From: Patescibacteria group bacterium
GTDB lineage: Bacteria; Patescibacteriota; Patescibacteriia; UBA2591; UBA6264
DNA length: 64,000 nt
Reading direction: 5' to 3'
NCBI GenBank assembly: GCA_021735685.1
Contig: JAIPGN010000002.1
Span: 3,183-67,182 of the forward strand
The notes below the pieces were generated by a model. That model saw only the letters and a list, made by a program, of their open reading frames with translations. It did not search any database and was not told the DNA's origin. Both the position numbers and the translations under genes were made by a program. Shown here in pieces: positions 10,605 to 19,559 of the stretch (within the stretch, counting starts at the first letter, position 1; every line of letters begins with the position of its first letter).

Positions 10605-10880
10605 TTAAAATTTAAGAATTAATTGAAAGTTTTCACCCTCAATCACAGGAACAGAAATAGAGTCAGAATCAGAATCAGAATTATTAACAAAAATAGCGTA
10701 AGCGCGAGCCCAAATTCTTTCCAACCAATATCGGGAATTATTCGGGATCTGAGCCCAAGCAACTAATTCTGGTTTCCCCTTTTTGTTAGGGGAAAAGACG
10801 AAATGTAAATGATGATCAAAAAGAATTTCAAGGCGAATTACTCGTCCTTCTTTCCGTTCTACACTTTCTACCTTTATCAT
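10605..10880 (-). CDS. Hypothetical small protein
   Basis: 91-aa ORF filling the murG-dprA gap, contains 'DSDSDSIS'; no recognisable motif. Confidence 0.3.
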   Translation of the reverse strand: MIKVESVERKEGRVIRLEILFDHHLHFVFSPNKKGKPELVAWAQIPNNSRYWLERIWARAYAIFVNNSDSDSDSISVPVIEGENFQLILKF

Positions 10881-10923
10881 GTTACCTCCTTATTTGTAAT
10901 CAATAATAACATAATTTAAGAAA

Positions 10924-11580
10924 ATGTCAATTCAAAAAATAGATCGCCAAAACAAAAATTATCCTGAGCTTTTGGCCAAAATTTATGATCCACCCGATCA
11001 AATCTACTATCAGGGCCTTTTACAAAAACAAGAAAATTTCCCTATAGGGGTAGTCGGCACTCGCAAAATGTCTTCTTATGGCCGACAAATGACTAATTTT
11101 TTTGTGGAAAAATTAAGCCAAGCTGAAGCCACTATTATCAGCGGACTAGCCCTGGGAGTTGACGGTTTTGCCCATCAAATTGCTTTAAAAAACAAATCCC
11201 GCACTATTGCGGTTCTTGGTTCCGGCTTAAAAAAAATTTATCCCTCTCAACATCAAAAATTAGCCCAAGAAATTATCAATTCTCAAGGAGCAGTAATCAG
11301 TGAATATTCTCCTCTGACCTCACCCACTCAAAAAACTTTTCCAGCTCGCAACCGGATTATTTCTGGACTAAGCTGGGGAGTTTTAATTATAGAAGCTCCT
11401 TTACGGTCCGGAGCCCTAATCACGGCCCGCACTGCTTTGGAACAAGGTCGCGAAGTCTTTGTAATTCCGGGACGCGTCAATGATTTTAACTCAGAGGGTT
11501 GTTTAGAAATTATTAAAAAAGGCGCCTCTTTGGTCACTGACCCCCAAGAAATTATTGATACTTTTTTAAATCAGGGTTGA
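10924..11580 (+). CDS. dprA: DNA-processing protein DprA (Smf), short form with Rossmann-like domain only
   Basis: 'GVVGTRKMSSYGRQ...ISGLALGVDGFAHQIAL...IAVLGSGL' matches the DprA core. Confidence 0.75.
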   Translation: MSIQKIDRQNKNYPELLAKIYDPPDQIYYQGLLQKQENFPIGVVGTRKMSSYGRQMTNFFVEKLSQAEATIISGLALGVDGFAHQIALKNKSRTIAVLGSGLKKIYPSQHQKLAQEIINSQGAVISEYSPLTSPTQKTFPARNRIISGLSWGVLIIEAPLRSGALITARTALEQGREVFVIPGRVNDFNSEGCLEIIKKGASLVTDPQEIIDTFLNQG

Positions 11581-11654
11581 CGAATTGCCATAAATAAGTA
11601 AAACTGGTTCTCAAACAATTGTTTTTTTATTTGTTTTTCAAAAAATTGTCAATT

Positions 11655-11757
11655 TTCAAAAAGCGTTAATTTTTTAACAGTTTTAAAAAAGTGACCCCAA
11701 AACCCTTTGCAGGAAAGAGTTTCAGGGACGCAAAATTTGGGGTCTGGCCCCAATTAA
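11655..11757. promoter_or_regulatory. Upstream module shared with 25809-25950: 'gttaattttttaac' box plus dyad GGGGTCTGgCCCC
   Basis: Dyad at 11739-11751, 10 nt before the topA ATG; the same composite sequence appears upstream of the gene at 25972. Confidence 0.4.
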
Positions 11758-11760
11758 ATT

Positions 11761-13845
11761 ATGGATTTAATTATTGTAGAGTCACCAACTAAAGCCAAAA
11801 CTATTTCCCAATTTTTAGGGAAAAATTTTGTAATTAAATCTTCTAATGGACACGTTCGGGATTTGCCCAAAAGCAAAACTGGAGTAGACACGGAAAATAA
11901 TTTTACGCCCCAATATGTTATTCCCACTAAAAAAAGAAAGTTGGTTAATGAACTAAAAAAAATCAGCCAAGAGGCTGATAATATCTATTTTGCTACTGAT
12001 GAAGACCGAGAAGGAGAAGCCATTGCTTGGCACTTAGAACAAATTTTGAAAGAAAAGAAAAAGGAAAATCAAAAATATTATCGCATCAGTTTTCATGAAA
12101 TTACTGAAGAGGCTGTAAAAAAATCTTTACAAAACCCACGAGAAATAAATCAGGGTCTAGTAAATGCTCAACAAGCCCGAAGAGTTTTAGATCGTTTAGT
12201 GGGTTATGGAATTTCTCCTTTGCTTTGGAAAAAAATATTCAAAGGTTTATCCGCTGGCCGAGTCCAATCTCCAACAGTCAAATTGATTATTGATCGCGAA
12301 AAAGAAAGAAAGAATTTTCGACCTCAAGAATACTGGACCATTAAAGCTCTTTTAAATGACCCTCAATCCCCTTTAGAAGCGCAACTCAAGAAAGAAAACA
12401 AGCATCGTTTTACTAAATTTGAAATCAATACTAAGGATAAAGCTCAGGAAATAAGCAAAAAACTAGAAAAATCAAATTTTGAAATTAAAGAAATTAGAAC
12501 TAAGGAAACTAAAAGAAAAGCTCCCTCTCCCCTAACCACTAGCATTCTTCAACAAAAAGCTAGTAATGAGTTAGGGTTTTCAGTGAAACAAACTATGTTC
12601 TTAGCTCAAAAACTTTACGAGGGAATTAAATTAGGAGATAAAAAAGCCACTGGCTTAATCACTTATCTCCGTACTGATTCCTTAAATCTTAGCGAAAAAT
12701 TTTTAAAAGAAGCTCAAGAATTTATTACCAATAAACACGGAGCTGAATTTTCCCAAACTCGCCGTTTTCAAACTAAAAGCAAGAATAGCCAAGAAGCGCA
12801 CGAAGCTATTCGTCCCACCTCAGCTTTTCGTACCCCCCTGGATTTAAAGCCGTATTTAAAAGAAAAGGAATATCGACTTTATGATCTAATCTGGAGAAGA
12901 AGTCTAGCTTCTCAAATGAAAGAAGCCATCTTAACCTCCACTGTTTTGAAAATTCAGGCCAACTCCTATCAATTAGAAGCCCGTGGCCTAAAGATAAAAT
13001 ACGCTGGATGGATGAAACTCTACCCCGAAAAACAAAAAGAAAACTTCCTTCCTGAATTTAAAACCGGCCAAAAGGTCAGATTAATTAAAGTAAAATCCGA
13101 ACAACATTTTACTGAACCACCGCCTCGCTATACTGAAGCTGGCTTAGTAAAAAAACTAGAAGAGATTGGCATTGGTCGACCCTCAACCTACGCTCCTACC
13201 ATTAGCACTGTTGAGGCCAGAAACTATGTCCAAAAAGAACAAAAAAAATTCCTTCCTACTTCTACCGGAGAATTGGTTAACGAACTTTTAGAAAAACATT
13301 TCCCTCAAATAGTAGATTATAATTTTACTGCTGAAATGGAAAAATCTTTAGATGAAATCGCTCAAGAAAAGAAAAAATACGTTACGGTGTTAGATAACTT
13401 TTATCAACCTTTTAAACAAAACCTTATGAAAAAAGAAGAAGAAATTACTAAAAAATTTGCAGACGAAAAAACTGACGAAAAATGCCCCAAATGCGGCGAG
13501 CCCTTAGTAATTAAAACAGGTCGTTTTGGACGATTCTTGGCCTGCTCTGGTTTTCCTAAATGTCGTTTTACTAAAAATGTTCAAGGAGACAAAAAAGAAA
13601 ATTCTTCTAATTTCGAAATTGGAGTTAAGTGCCCACAATGCTCCGGAGAAATTGTTAAAAAAAGAACCCGTAAAGGAAAATTTTTCTATGGCTGCTCCAA
13701 TTGGCCCAAATGCGATTTCGCCCTTTGGGACGAACCCATCAATGAACAATGCCCTCAATGTGGATCTCTTATGGTCAAATACGGAGAAAAAACTAAATGT
13801 AGCAACAAAGATTGTCCTCAAAGCCGGTTGAAGAAAGATAAATAA
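11761..13845 (+). CDS. topA: DNA topoisomerase I with C-terminal Zn-ribbon repeats
   Basis: Toprim N-terminus 'IVESPTKAKTI...GHVRDLP', active-site region, and three C4 zinc fingers at the C-terminus. Confidence 0.95.
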   Translation: MDLIIVESPTKAKTISQFLGKNFVIKSSNGHVRDLPKSKTGVDTENNFTPQYVIPTKKRKLVNELKKISQEADNIYFATDEDREGEAIAWHLEQILKEKKKENQKYYRISFHEITEEAVKKSLQNPREINQGLVNAQQARRVLDRLVGYGISPLLWKKIFKGLSAGRVQSPTVKLIIDREKERKNFRPQEYWTIKALLNDPQSPLEAQLKKENKHRFTKFEINTKDKAQEISKKLEKSNFEIKEIRTKETKRKAPSPLTTSILQQKASNELGFSVKQTMFLAQKLYEGIKLGDKKATGLITYLRTDSLNLSEKFLKEAQEFITNKHGAEFSQTRRFQTKSKNSQEAHEAIRPTSAFRTPLDLKPYLKEKEYRLYDLIWRRSLASQMKEAILTSTVLKIQANSYQLEARGLKIKYAGWMKLYPEKQKENFLPEFKTGQKVRLIKVKSEQHFTEPPPRYTEAGLVKKLEEIGIGRPSTYAPTISTVEARNYVQKEQKKFLPTSTGELVNELLEKHFPQIVDYNFTAEMEKSLDEIAQEKKKYVTVLDNFYQPFKQNLMKKEEEITKKFADEKTDEKCPKCGEPLVIKTGRFGRFLACSGFPKCRFTKNVQGDKKENSSNFEIGVKCPQCSGEIVKKRTRKGKFFYGCSNWPKCDFALWDEPINEQCPQCGSLMVKYGEKTKCSNKDCPQSRLKKDK

Positions 13846-13870
13846 TTTGCTATCATAATGACATCACCTT

Positions 13871-13956
13871 GCCGCTGTGGTGGAATTGGTAGACACGTGG
13901 CACTCAAAATGCCATGAGCGCAAGTTCGTGTCGGTTCGAGTCCGACCAGCGGCACC
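13871..13956 (+). tRNA. tRNA-Leu (anticodon CAA), type II with long variable arm
   Basis: Acceptor GCCGCTG/CAGCGGC, anticodon stem TGGCA/TGCCA with loop CTCAAAA, T-arm GTCGG-TTCGAGT-CCGAC, discriminator A. Confidence 0.85.
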
Positions 13957-13982
13957 TTTAAAGATTAAATAATTTAAAAAAT

Positions 13983-14276
13983 ATGGCTAAAAAAGATATT
14001 CACCCTCAATATTATCCACAAGCTACTATTACCTGCTCTTGTGGCGCTAAATTTGTAGCTGGGTCTACTCACAAAAAAACGGAAGTAGAAATTTGTTCCC
14101 AATGCCATCCTCTTTATACGGGTAAACAAAAATTTATTGATACTGCCGGAAGACTAGAAAGATTTGAAAAAATGATGAAAAAGTCAAAAGACTTAAAAGA
14201 ATCAACAAAAGCAAGAAAAAAAGCAAACAAGCAAAAAGAAGATAAAAAGAAAAAAAGTAAAAAGAAAGAAAATTAG
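13983..14276 (+). CDS. rpmE: Ribosomal protein bL31 with Lys-rich C-terminal tail
   Basis: '[11 protein letters not shown]...CSCGAKF...[13 protein letters not shown]' is the L31 zinc-ribbon signature. Confidence 0.9.
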   Translation: MAKKDIHPQYYPQATITCSCGAKFVAGSTHKKTEVEICSQCHPLYTGKQKFIDTAGRLERFEKMMKKSKDLKESTKARKKANKQKEDKKKKSKKKEN

Positions 14277-14278
14277 CT

Positions 14279-14303
14279 ATGTACGAGGTTCGACCTCGTA
14301 CAT
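14279..14303. repeat. 25-bp perfect palindrome ATGTACGAGG-TTCGA-CCTCGTACAT; the core is inverted relative to the four copies at 52.6-53.0 kb
   Basis: Sits immediately after the rpmE stop. The arms are identical to those copies and the central 'gttcgac' is the reverse complement of their 'gtcgaac'. Confidence 0.8.
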
Positions 14304-14347
14304 ATTTCTAATTTACTTTTAGTCAGGGAGTCAATAAATCACAAATT

Positions 14348-15388
14348 ATGGAAGAAAATAAGGAAATTAAAAAAAAGTTAGAAGAACTAGAAAAAGAATT
14401 GCAAAAACCAGAAATATTTAATAATCCAGAAAAATTAAAAAATATTTCCCGTGAATACAATGAGCTCAAAAACTATCTAGCTCGCCTCAATCAATTATCA
14501 GAAATTAATCACAAAATTTTCAAGACCGAAAAAATGCTCAATCAAGGAGAAGAACCAGAAATGCAAGAGATGATTAAAGAAGAAATCAAAAAACTCAAAG
14601 AAAAAAAACAAATTATAGAAAAAGGTCTTGAACCGGAAAAGGAAACCGACCCCCTTATGAAAAAAAACGCAATTCTGGAAATTAGAGCTGGTACTGGCGG
14701 AGATGAAGCCAGTATTTTTGCTGCTGATCTTTTTCGAATGTACTCCCGCTTTGCGGAAAAGATGAATTGGAAAATAAAAATTATATCTTCTCACCCTACT
14801 AGTTTGAATGGCTTTAAAGAAATAATCTTTGAGCTTCGGGGAAAAAACGCTTACCAGTTATTAAAAAAAGAAAGCGGAGTGCATCGAGTTCAACGCATTC
14901 CGGAAACAGAAAAAAGTGGCCGAATTCACACCTCTGCTGCCTCAGTAGTGGTTTTGCCTGAAGCCAAGAAAATAGATGTAGAGATTAATAATAAAGATTT
15001 AAAAATAGATCACTTTCGTGCTTCTGGTCATGGAGGACAAAATGTACAAAAAAATGAAACCGCGGTACGTATCACCCATTTACCTACTAATATAGTCGCA
15101 TCCTGTCAAGACGAAAGAAATCAATTACAAAACAAAGAAAGAGCTCTAACTATTCTCCGTTCCCGTTTGCTAGCCAAAAGAGAAGAAGAAAAAACTAAAA
15201 ATTTAAAAGAAAAACGCCAATCCCATATTGGAAGTGGCGATCGTTCTGAAAAAATCAGAACTTATAATTTTCCCCAAGATCGAGTTACTGATCATCGTAT
15301 TCCGAAATCTTGGCACGGATTAGAACAAATTATGGACGGTCACATAGAAGATATTATCAACTTTTTGCAAGCCGAAGAAAAAGACTAA
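14348..15388 (+). CDS. prfA: Peptide chain release factor 1
   Basis: '[19 protein letters not shown]' (PxT-type motif) and '[22 protein letters not shown]' (GGQ). Confidence 0.85.
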   Translation: MEENKEIKKKLEELEKELQKPEIFNNPEKLKNISREYNELKNYLARLNQLSEINHKIFKTEKMLNQGEEPEMQEMIKEEIKKLKEKKQIIEKGLEPEKETDPLMKKNAILEIRAGTGGDEASIFAADLFRMYSRFAEKMNWKIKIISSHPTSLNGFKEIIFELRGKNAYQLLKKESGVHRVQRIPETEKSGRIHTSAASVVVLPEAKKIDVEINNKDLKIDHFRASGHGGQNVQKNETAVRITHLPTNIVASCQDERNQLQNKERALTILRSRLLAKREEEKTKNLKEKRQSHIGSGDRSEKIRTYNFPQDRVTDHRIPKSWHGLEQIMDGHIEDIINFLQAEEKD

Positions 15389-16422
15389 TAATAGATTTTC
15401 TGTTCTGGACTAACAATTTCTACCCAAAGAGAACCGGGTAGAAATTTTATTTTTTCACCTTGGGGACCATAAAAAAAGGTACGATTTAAATTAGAGTCTT
15501 TAGCCCAAGATCCTTTTTTGATTTTTCCTTCTTGGAAAATCAAAGCCTCTCCTTGTCCCTGAGTTTCAATCTGAAGGCGACCAATCTGATCAATGACCTT
15601 AATTGTTGTTTTTTGAATAACGATATTAGGAGATTGGACAATCTTTCCCCTTTCATCTAAAAAAGGATCTCCTCCTTGATAGCGAAGATAAGATTTCCTC
15701 TTTTGGTCAAATTGCCAAATCACTGGATCTTGATAATTAATTTTAAGAATCAAGGCTTCTAAATCTTGCCCAGAAGGTGATTCTTGTTCTAAAATATCCC
15801 TTCTCTCCCATTCAATAAATTTTTCGCTAACTGAATCCGGCCACTTCTTGCGCTCTAAACATTCTTCAATAGAGGCTGGTAAAATGTATAAATTATGAGG
15901 GCTATTTCTTTCCCCGTCTCGCCAAAAATAAACACCATCACCGCTTAATTCGTCTAAATTGTAAAAGTCATAAGAGCCTTCTTTGATTTGACTTAAAGCT
16001 TGAGGACTACCTCCGGCGTGAATAAAAAGGCCCAAATACTCTTCCGCCCAATCAGCTAAATAAGGGCGAGCTGAACGCACTGGTCCTATTTTCAGAGGCC
16101 AATTCTCTTGATTAAAAATTGCCAACAATCTAGTAATATCACCCTCTACCGGAACCTCGTAAACCACTTGAGCTTGATTAATTCCCGCTAAAGGACGAGC
16201 AGAAAATAGATTATCAATAACCACAGCTACTGGCATCTTTTGATATTCAAGCACCTCTTCTTTTTCTTCTTCCAGTAAAATCAAATCTTCTACATCAAAC
16301 TCCTCAAGTTCAATCTCATTCTCTTCCTCTGGAACAATTTCTGAAGGATTCAATAATTGACAGCCACTCAACAACAAAACAAAGAGAAAGAAAAAAGAAA
16401 TTTTATAATACCACTTAATCAT
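15385..16422 (-). CDS. Lipoprotein, DUF3048 (YerB)-like
   Basis: Signal peptide with lipobox 'LLSGC'; '[37 protein letters not shown]...GPVRSARPY' resembles DUF3048 N-terminal domain. Confidence 0.45.
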   Translation of the reverse strand: MIKWYYKISFFFLFVLLLSGCQLLNPSEIVPEEENEIELEEFDVEDLILLEEEKEEVLEYQKMPVAVVIDNLFSARPLAGINQAQVVYEVPVEGDITRLLAIFNQENWPLKIGPVRSARPYLADWAEEYLGLFIHAGGSPQALSQIKEGSYDFYNLDELSGDGVYFWRDGERNSPHNLYILPASIEECLERKKWPDSVSEKFIEWERRDILEQESPSGQDLEALILKINYQDPVIWQFDQKRKSYLRYQGGDPFLDERGKIVQSPNIVIQKTTIKVIDQIGRLQIETQGQGEALIFQEGKIKKGSWAKDSNLNRTFFYGPQGEKIKFLPGSLWVEIVSPEQKIYY

Positions 16423-16442
16423 ATATTCTACTTAGCTATTTT

Positions 16443-17138
16443 TTACTTACCTTTATTTTGTCCCTCTTCCGATTCAGAAGTCTTTTGATCACCCTCGGTC
16501 TCTTTCTTGTCCTCTTCACCAACTACTCCTACTTCAGCAACTCCTGCTTCTTCTTCTGCGGCTAAATCTTCTTCCTCTTCCTTCTCTTCTTGTGGAGCCT
16601 TAACTGCTACCACTGAAGCTTCGGGCTCAGAAAGAGATTTAATAGTAGACGGTAAATTTAAATCTTGAACACGAATAACATCATTAATATTTTCTAATTG
16701 ACTTAAGTCTACTTCAATATTACGAATCAAATCTCGCAGCAAACACTCTATTTCTATTTTGTCTAACTCATGAATCAAAATCCCCCCTTCCTCTTTGACT
16801 GCTGGTGATTCTCCTACAAATTCTAATTCAACTTCCACCACAATCTTTTCTCCTTCTTTAATTTGATAAAAATCAATGTGCTCAATATTGCCAGTAAGGG
16901 GATGATATTGAAGGTCGTGAATCAAAACCTTTTTCTCTGACTGACCCTCTATTTTCAAGTCAACCAAAGTACTTTCTCCGGCCTCTTCTAAAACTTTTTT
17001 AAAATCAGAAGCAGAAACTTGAATGGGTAAAGATTCAATTCCATGTCCATAAATTACGCCAGGGACAATATTGTCCTCTCTTAATCTTTTTGTTTTTTTG
17101 CCCATAATTTCACGGGACTGAGCTTTTAATTCTAACAT
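16443..17138 (-). CDS. rplY: Ribosomal protein bL25 / general stress protein Ctc with acidic C-terminal tail
   Basis: N-terminal 'LELKAQSREIMGKKTKRLREDNIVPGVIYGHG' L25 fold; beta-barrel C-domain; acidic tail. Confidence 0.85.
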   Translation of the reverse strand: MLELKAQSREIMGKKTKRLREDNIVPGVIYGHGIESLPIQVSASDFKKVLEEAGESTLVDLKIEGQSEKKVLIHDLQYHPLTGNIEHIDFYQIKEGEKIVVEVELEFVGESPAVKEEGGILIHELDKIEIECLLRDLIRNIEVDLSQLENINDVIRVQDLNLPSTIKSLSEPEASVVAVKAPQEEKEEEEDLAAEEEAGVAEVGVVGEEDKKETEGDQKTSESEEGQNKGK

Positions 17139-17171
17139 AAGAAAATAAAATTTATATTTTTTAACTATTTT

Positions 17172-18314
17172 TTATTCACCTTTTCCAACTAACATAAAAC
17201 CCTCTTGATCCAAATTATTAAGGGGCCGAGAAAACGGTTGATGACGCAAAACGCTTTCCACTAAACCTAAACAAATTAAACTAATTAATAAAGAACTTCC
17301 TCCATAACTAATCAAGGGTAAAGGAAGGCCCACTACCGGAGCAACTCCTAGGTTCATACCCACGTTAATTAACATTTGGAAAGAAAAATAAATCATCACC
17401 CCGCAAACCAAAACTAAACTAAAATTTCCGTAAACTTGACGAGCAATTCGTACCAATCTTGCTAAAAAAAGGAAATAAACCAGTAAAAAGAAAAGTCCAC
17501 CCAACAAACCGAACTCTTCTCCTAGAACTGCAAAAATAAAATCAGTGCCTGAATCAGGTAAAAATTTTAGCTGACTCTGCGTTCCTAGGGCAAAACCTCT
17601 GCCCCAAAATTGTCCAGAACCAACAGCAATAACCGATTGATTCACCTGGTAACCGCTTTTTAAAACATCACGAGATGGTTGCAAAAGAGTTAAAACTCTA
17701 TCTTTTTGATAATCCTCAAAAATAAAAAACCAAGCTAAAGAAGCAATAAGAATAAAAATTAAGAGCAAAGAAAGAAAATGCTTCTTATTGCTATCCACCA
17801 GAAAAAGGACGCCCAGCCAAATTAAAACAATTGTAATTGCTGATCCAAAATCAGGTTGACGAGCAATCAAAAGAAATAAAGGAGCAATCAAAAGAAAACT
17901 ATAAAGAACATGTTTTATTTTTACAGGAGCTGGAGCTTTTTGCCAGAACTTGGCTAAAATAATAATAGTGGCTAGCTTAGCTAATTCAGCTGGCTGAAAA
18001 TTGAAAAATCCGAAATCTAACCAGCCACTTGTTCCCCTTAAAGACTTACCTAAAAATAAAACCAGAATTAAGAGAATTAAAGAAAGAAGATAAATGAAAA
18101 AAGCCGTAGCCTTAATAAAACGAAAATCAATCAAATAAACTAAGCCAAAAAAAAGGAAACCGATCAGAACGAAAATAAGGTGACGCGAAAAACTGACACC
18201 AGTTCCAGCAAAAGAAAGACTATATTGCAAAACCAAACCAATCACTACCAACAGAAAAACTAAAATAAATAAAGTAAAATCAAAAGATTTTATTTTCGGC
18301 AAATTAATGCTCAT
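17172..18314 (-). CDS. ftsW: SEDS-family peptidoglycan glycosyltransferase (FtsW/RodA)
   Basis: 10 TM segments; 'GLPLPLISYGGSSLLISLICLGLVESV' conserved SEDS C-terminal block. Confidence 0.8.
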   Translation of the reverse strand: MSINLPKIKSFDFTLFILVFLLVVIGLVLQYSLSFAGTGVSFSRHLIFVLIGFLFFGLVYLIDFRFIKATAFFIYLLSLILLILVLFLGKSLRGTSGWLDFGFFNFQPAELAKLATIIILAKFWQKAPAPVKIKHVLYSFLLIAPLFLLIARQPDFGSAITIVLIWLGVLFLVDSNKKHFLSLLLIFILIASLAWFFIFEDYQKDRVLTLLQPSRDVLKSGYQVNQSVIAVGSGQFWGRGFALGTQSQLKFLPDSGTDFIFAVLGEEFGLLGGLFFLLVYFLFLARLVRIARQVYGNFSLVLVCGVMIYFSFQMLINVGMNLGVAPVVGLPLPLISYGGSSLLISLICLGLVESVLRHQPFSRPLNNLDQEGFMLVGKGE

Positions 18315-19158
18315 ACAAAGGAGAAATAAAGACTTCCGGATCTAAAAGATCAATTTCCGGCTTAATTTTAATCTGCTTAAAATCAGGAATTAAGGGCCAA
18401 TTTAAATAAAGATCTTTCTCTTCTAATGATTTCCATTGATTCAAAGATAAAATATTAAGCCCAACTAAATTAAGGTCCTTCTCTAAAGCTATCACAAATT
18501 TAGTTTCCCAAAGATCATAAATAGAATTATTTTTAGCCTTAAAAGAAATTTGCGGCAAAATCTTTCCTTCAGAATCAGATCGTAAATAGCTAAAATCAAT
18601 ATCTTTTATTTCCAACTGTTCCAAAGTAGACAATTTTTCTTTTTCAGGCGACCGAAGTCTCTGCCAAGACACCCGAGAAATAAAAAATTCAATCTCTTTG
18701 GCTTTAAATGGCAAAGAATGACCTAAATTAAAAAGGTATTTCTTTTCTTGAGGATCAACAAAAGAAGAAGCAGGAGGAGTTTTTTCAGAACCATTAATTA
18801 AAAAATAATATTCAATATAAACCCGCCAATCTAAATTAGGATTAAAAACCGTAGCCACTAAATCATATTGGTTTTCGCCAGGACGAGCCTGAATAATTGT
18901 GAGAGCATCAATATTTAAATCTTGTGGAGAAAAATGTTCTTGAAAAGATAAATAGTCAATACGATCCTTGCTTAATTCTTCTAAATTCGTTAAATAATTC
19001 TCCTTTAATTTGAAATAAAGAAAGCCTTGATAAAGAATAATAGCCAAAAAAACAAAATTAACCAAAACCAAGCTCCAAAGCAAAAATCGATAAAGCTTTT
19101 GCTTGTTTCGCAAATACCATTTGCCATAGCGTAATTGTTGATCAGTTAAATCAGTCAT
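18304..19158 (-). CDS. Hypothetical N-terminally membrane-anchored protein, possibly an FtsQ/DivIB-like divisome component
   Basis: Single N-terminal TM followed by a 230-aa soluble domain. Its 3' end overlaps ftsW; no confident motif. Confidence 0.4.
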   Translation of the reverse strand: MTDLTDQQLRYGKWYLRNKQKLYRFLLWSLVLVNFVFLAIILYQGFLYFKLKENYLTNLEELSKDRIDYLSFQEHFSPQDLNIDALTIIQARPGENQYDLVATVFNPNLDWRVYIEYYFLINGSEKTPPASSFVDPQEKKYLFNLGHSLPFKAKEIEFFISRVSWQRLRSPEKEKLSTLEQLEIKDIDFSYLRSDSEGKILPQISFKAKNNSIYDLWETKFVIALEKDLNLVGLNILSLNQWKSLEEKDLYLNWPLIPDFKQIKIKPEIDLLDPEVFISPLYEH

Positions 19159-19231
19159 TTGATATTTTTAACATATCTGTTAAAATGTATTATACAAGAT
19201 TTAGATGAATAAGTAAATAATTATTTAAAAT

Positions 19232-19498
19232 ATGGACATTCAAAATTTTTTCTACACAGTAGCTAGCATTTCCATTGTTTTGGTGGGAATTCTATCTTTT
19301 ATTCTTCTTTTAGTCATTATTTTGGCAGCCATCCAATTGTTTAAATTTTCTAAAAACTTAAATCGAGTCTCCCGAAGAGGTGAAGAAATTCTAGAGAAAA
19401 TTAAAAACAAAGCCAATTTTCTTGTTTTTTTCTCTTTTTTAAAACATCTTTTCTTCAATTTACTTAACTCCAAGCAAGAAAAAAAGAAAAAGAAATAA
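19232..19498 (+). CDS. Small hypothetical membrane protein
   Basis: 88 aa with one TM and a Lys-rich tail; occupies the only ORF in the ftsQ-like/dnaE gap. Confidence 0.3.
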   Translation: MDIQNFFYTVASISIVLVGILSFILLLVIILAAIQLFKFSKNLNRVSRRGEEILEKIKNKANFLVFFSFLKHLFFNLLNSKQEKKKKK

Positions 19499-19559
19499 TA
19501 GCTTAAAAAACATTTTGTTATTCTCGTTTATTTAAATTAATCTAAAATTTGAATTCATC

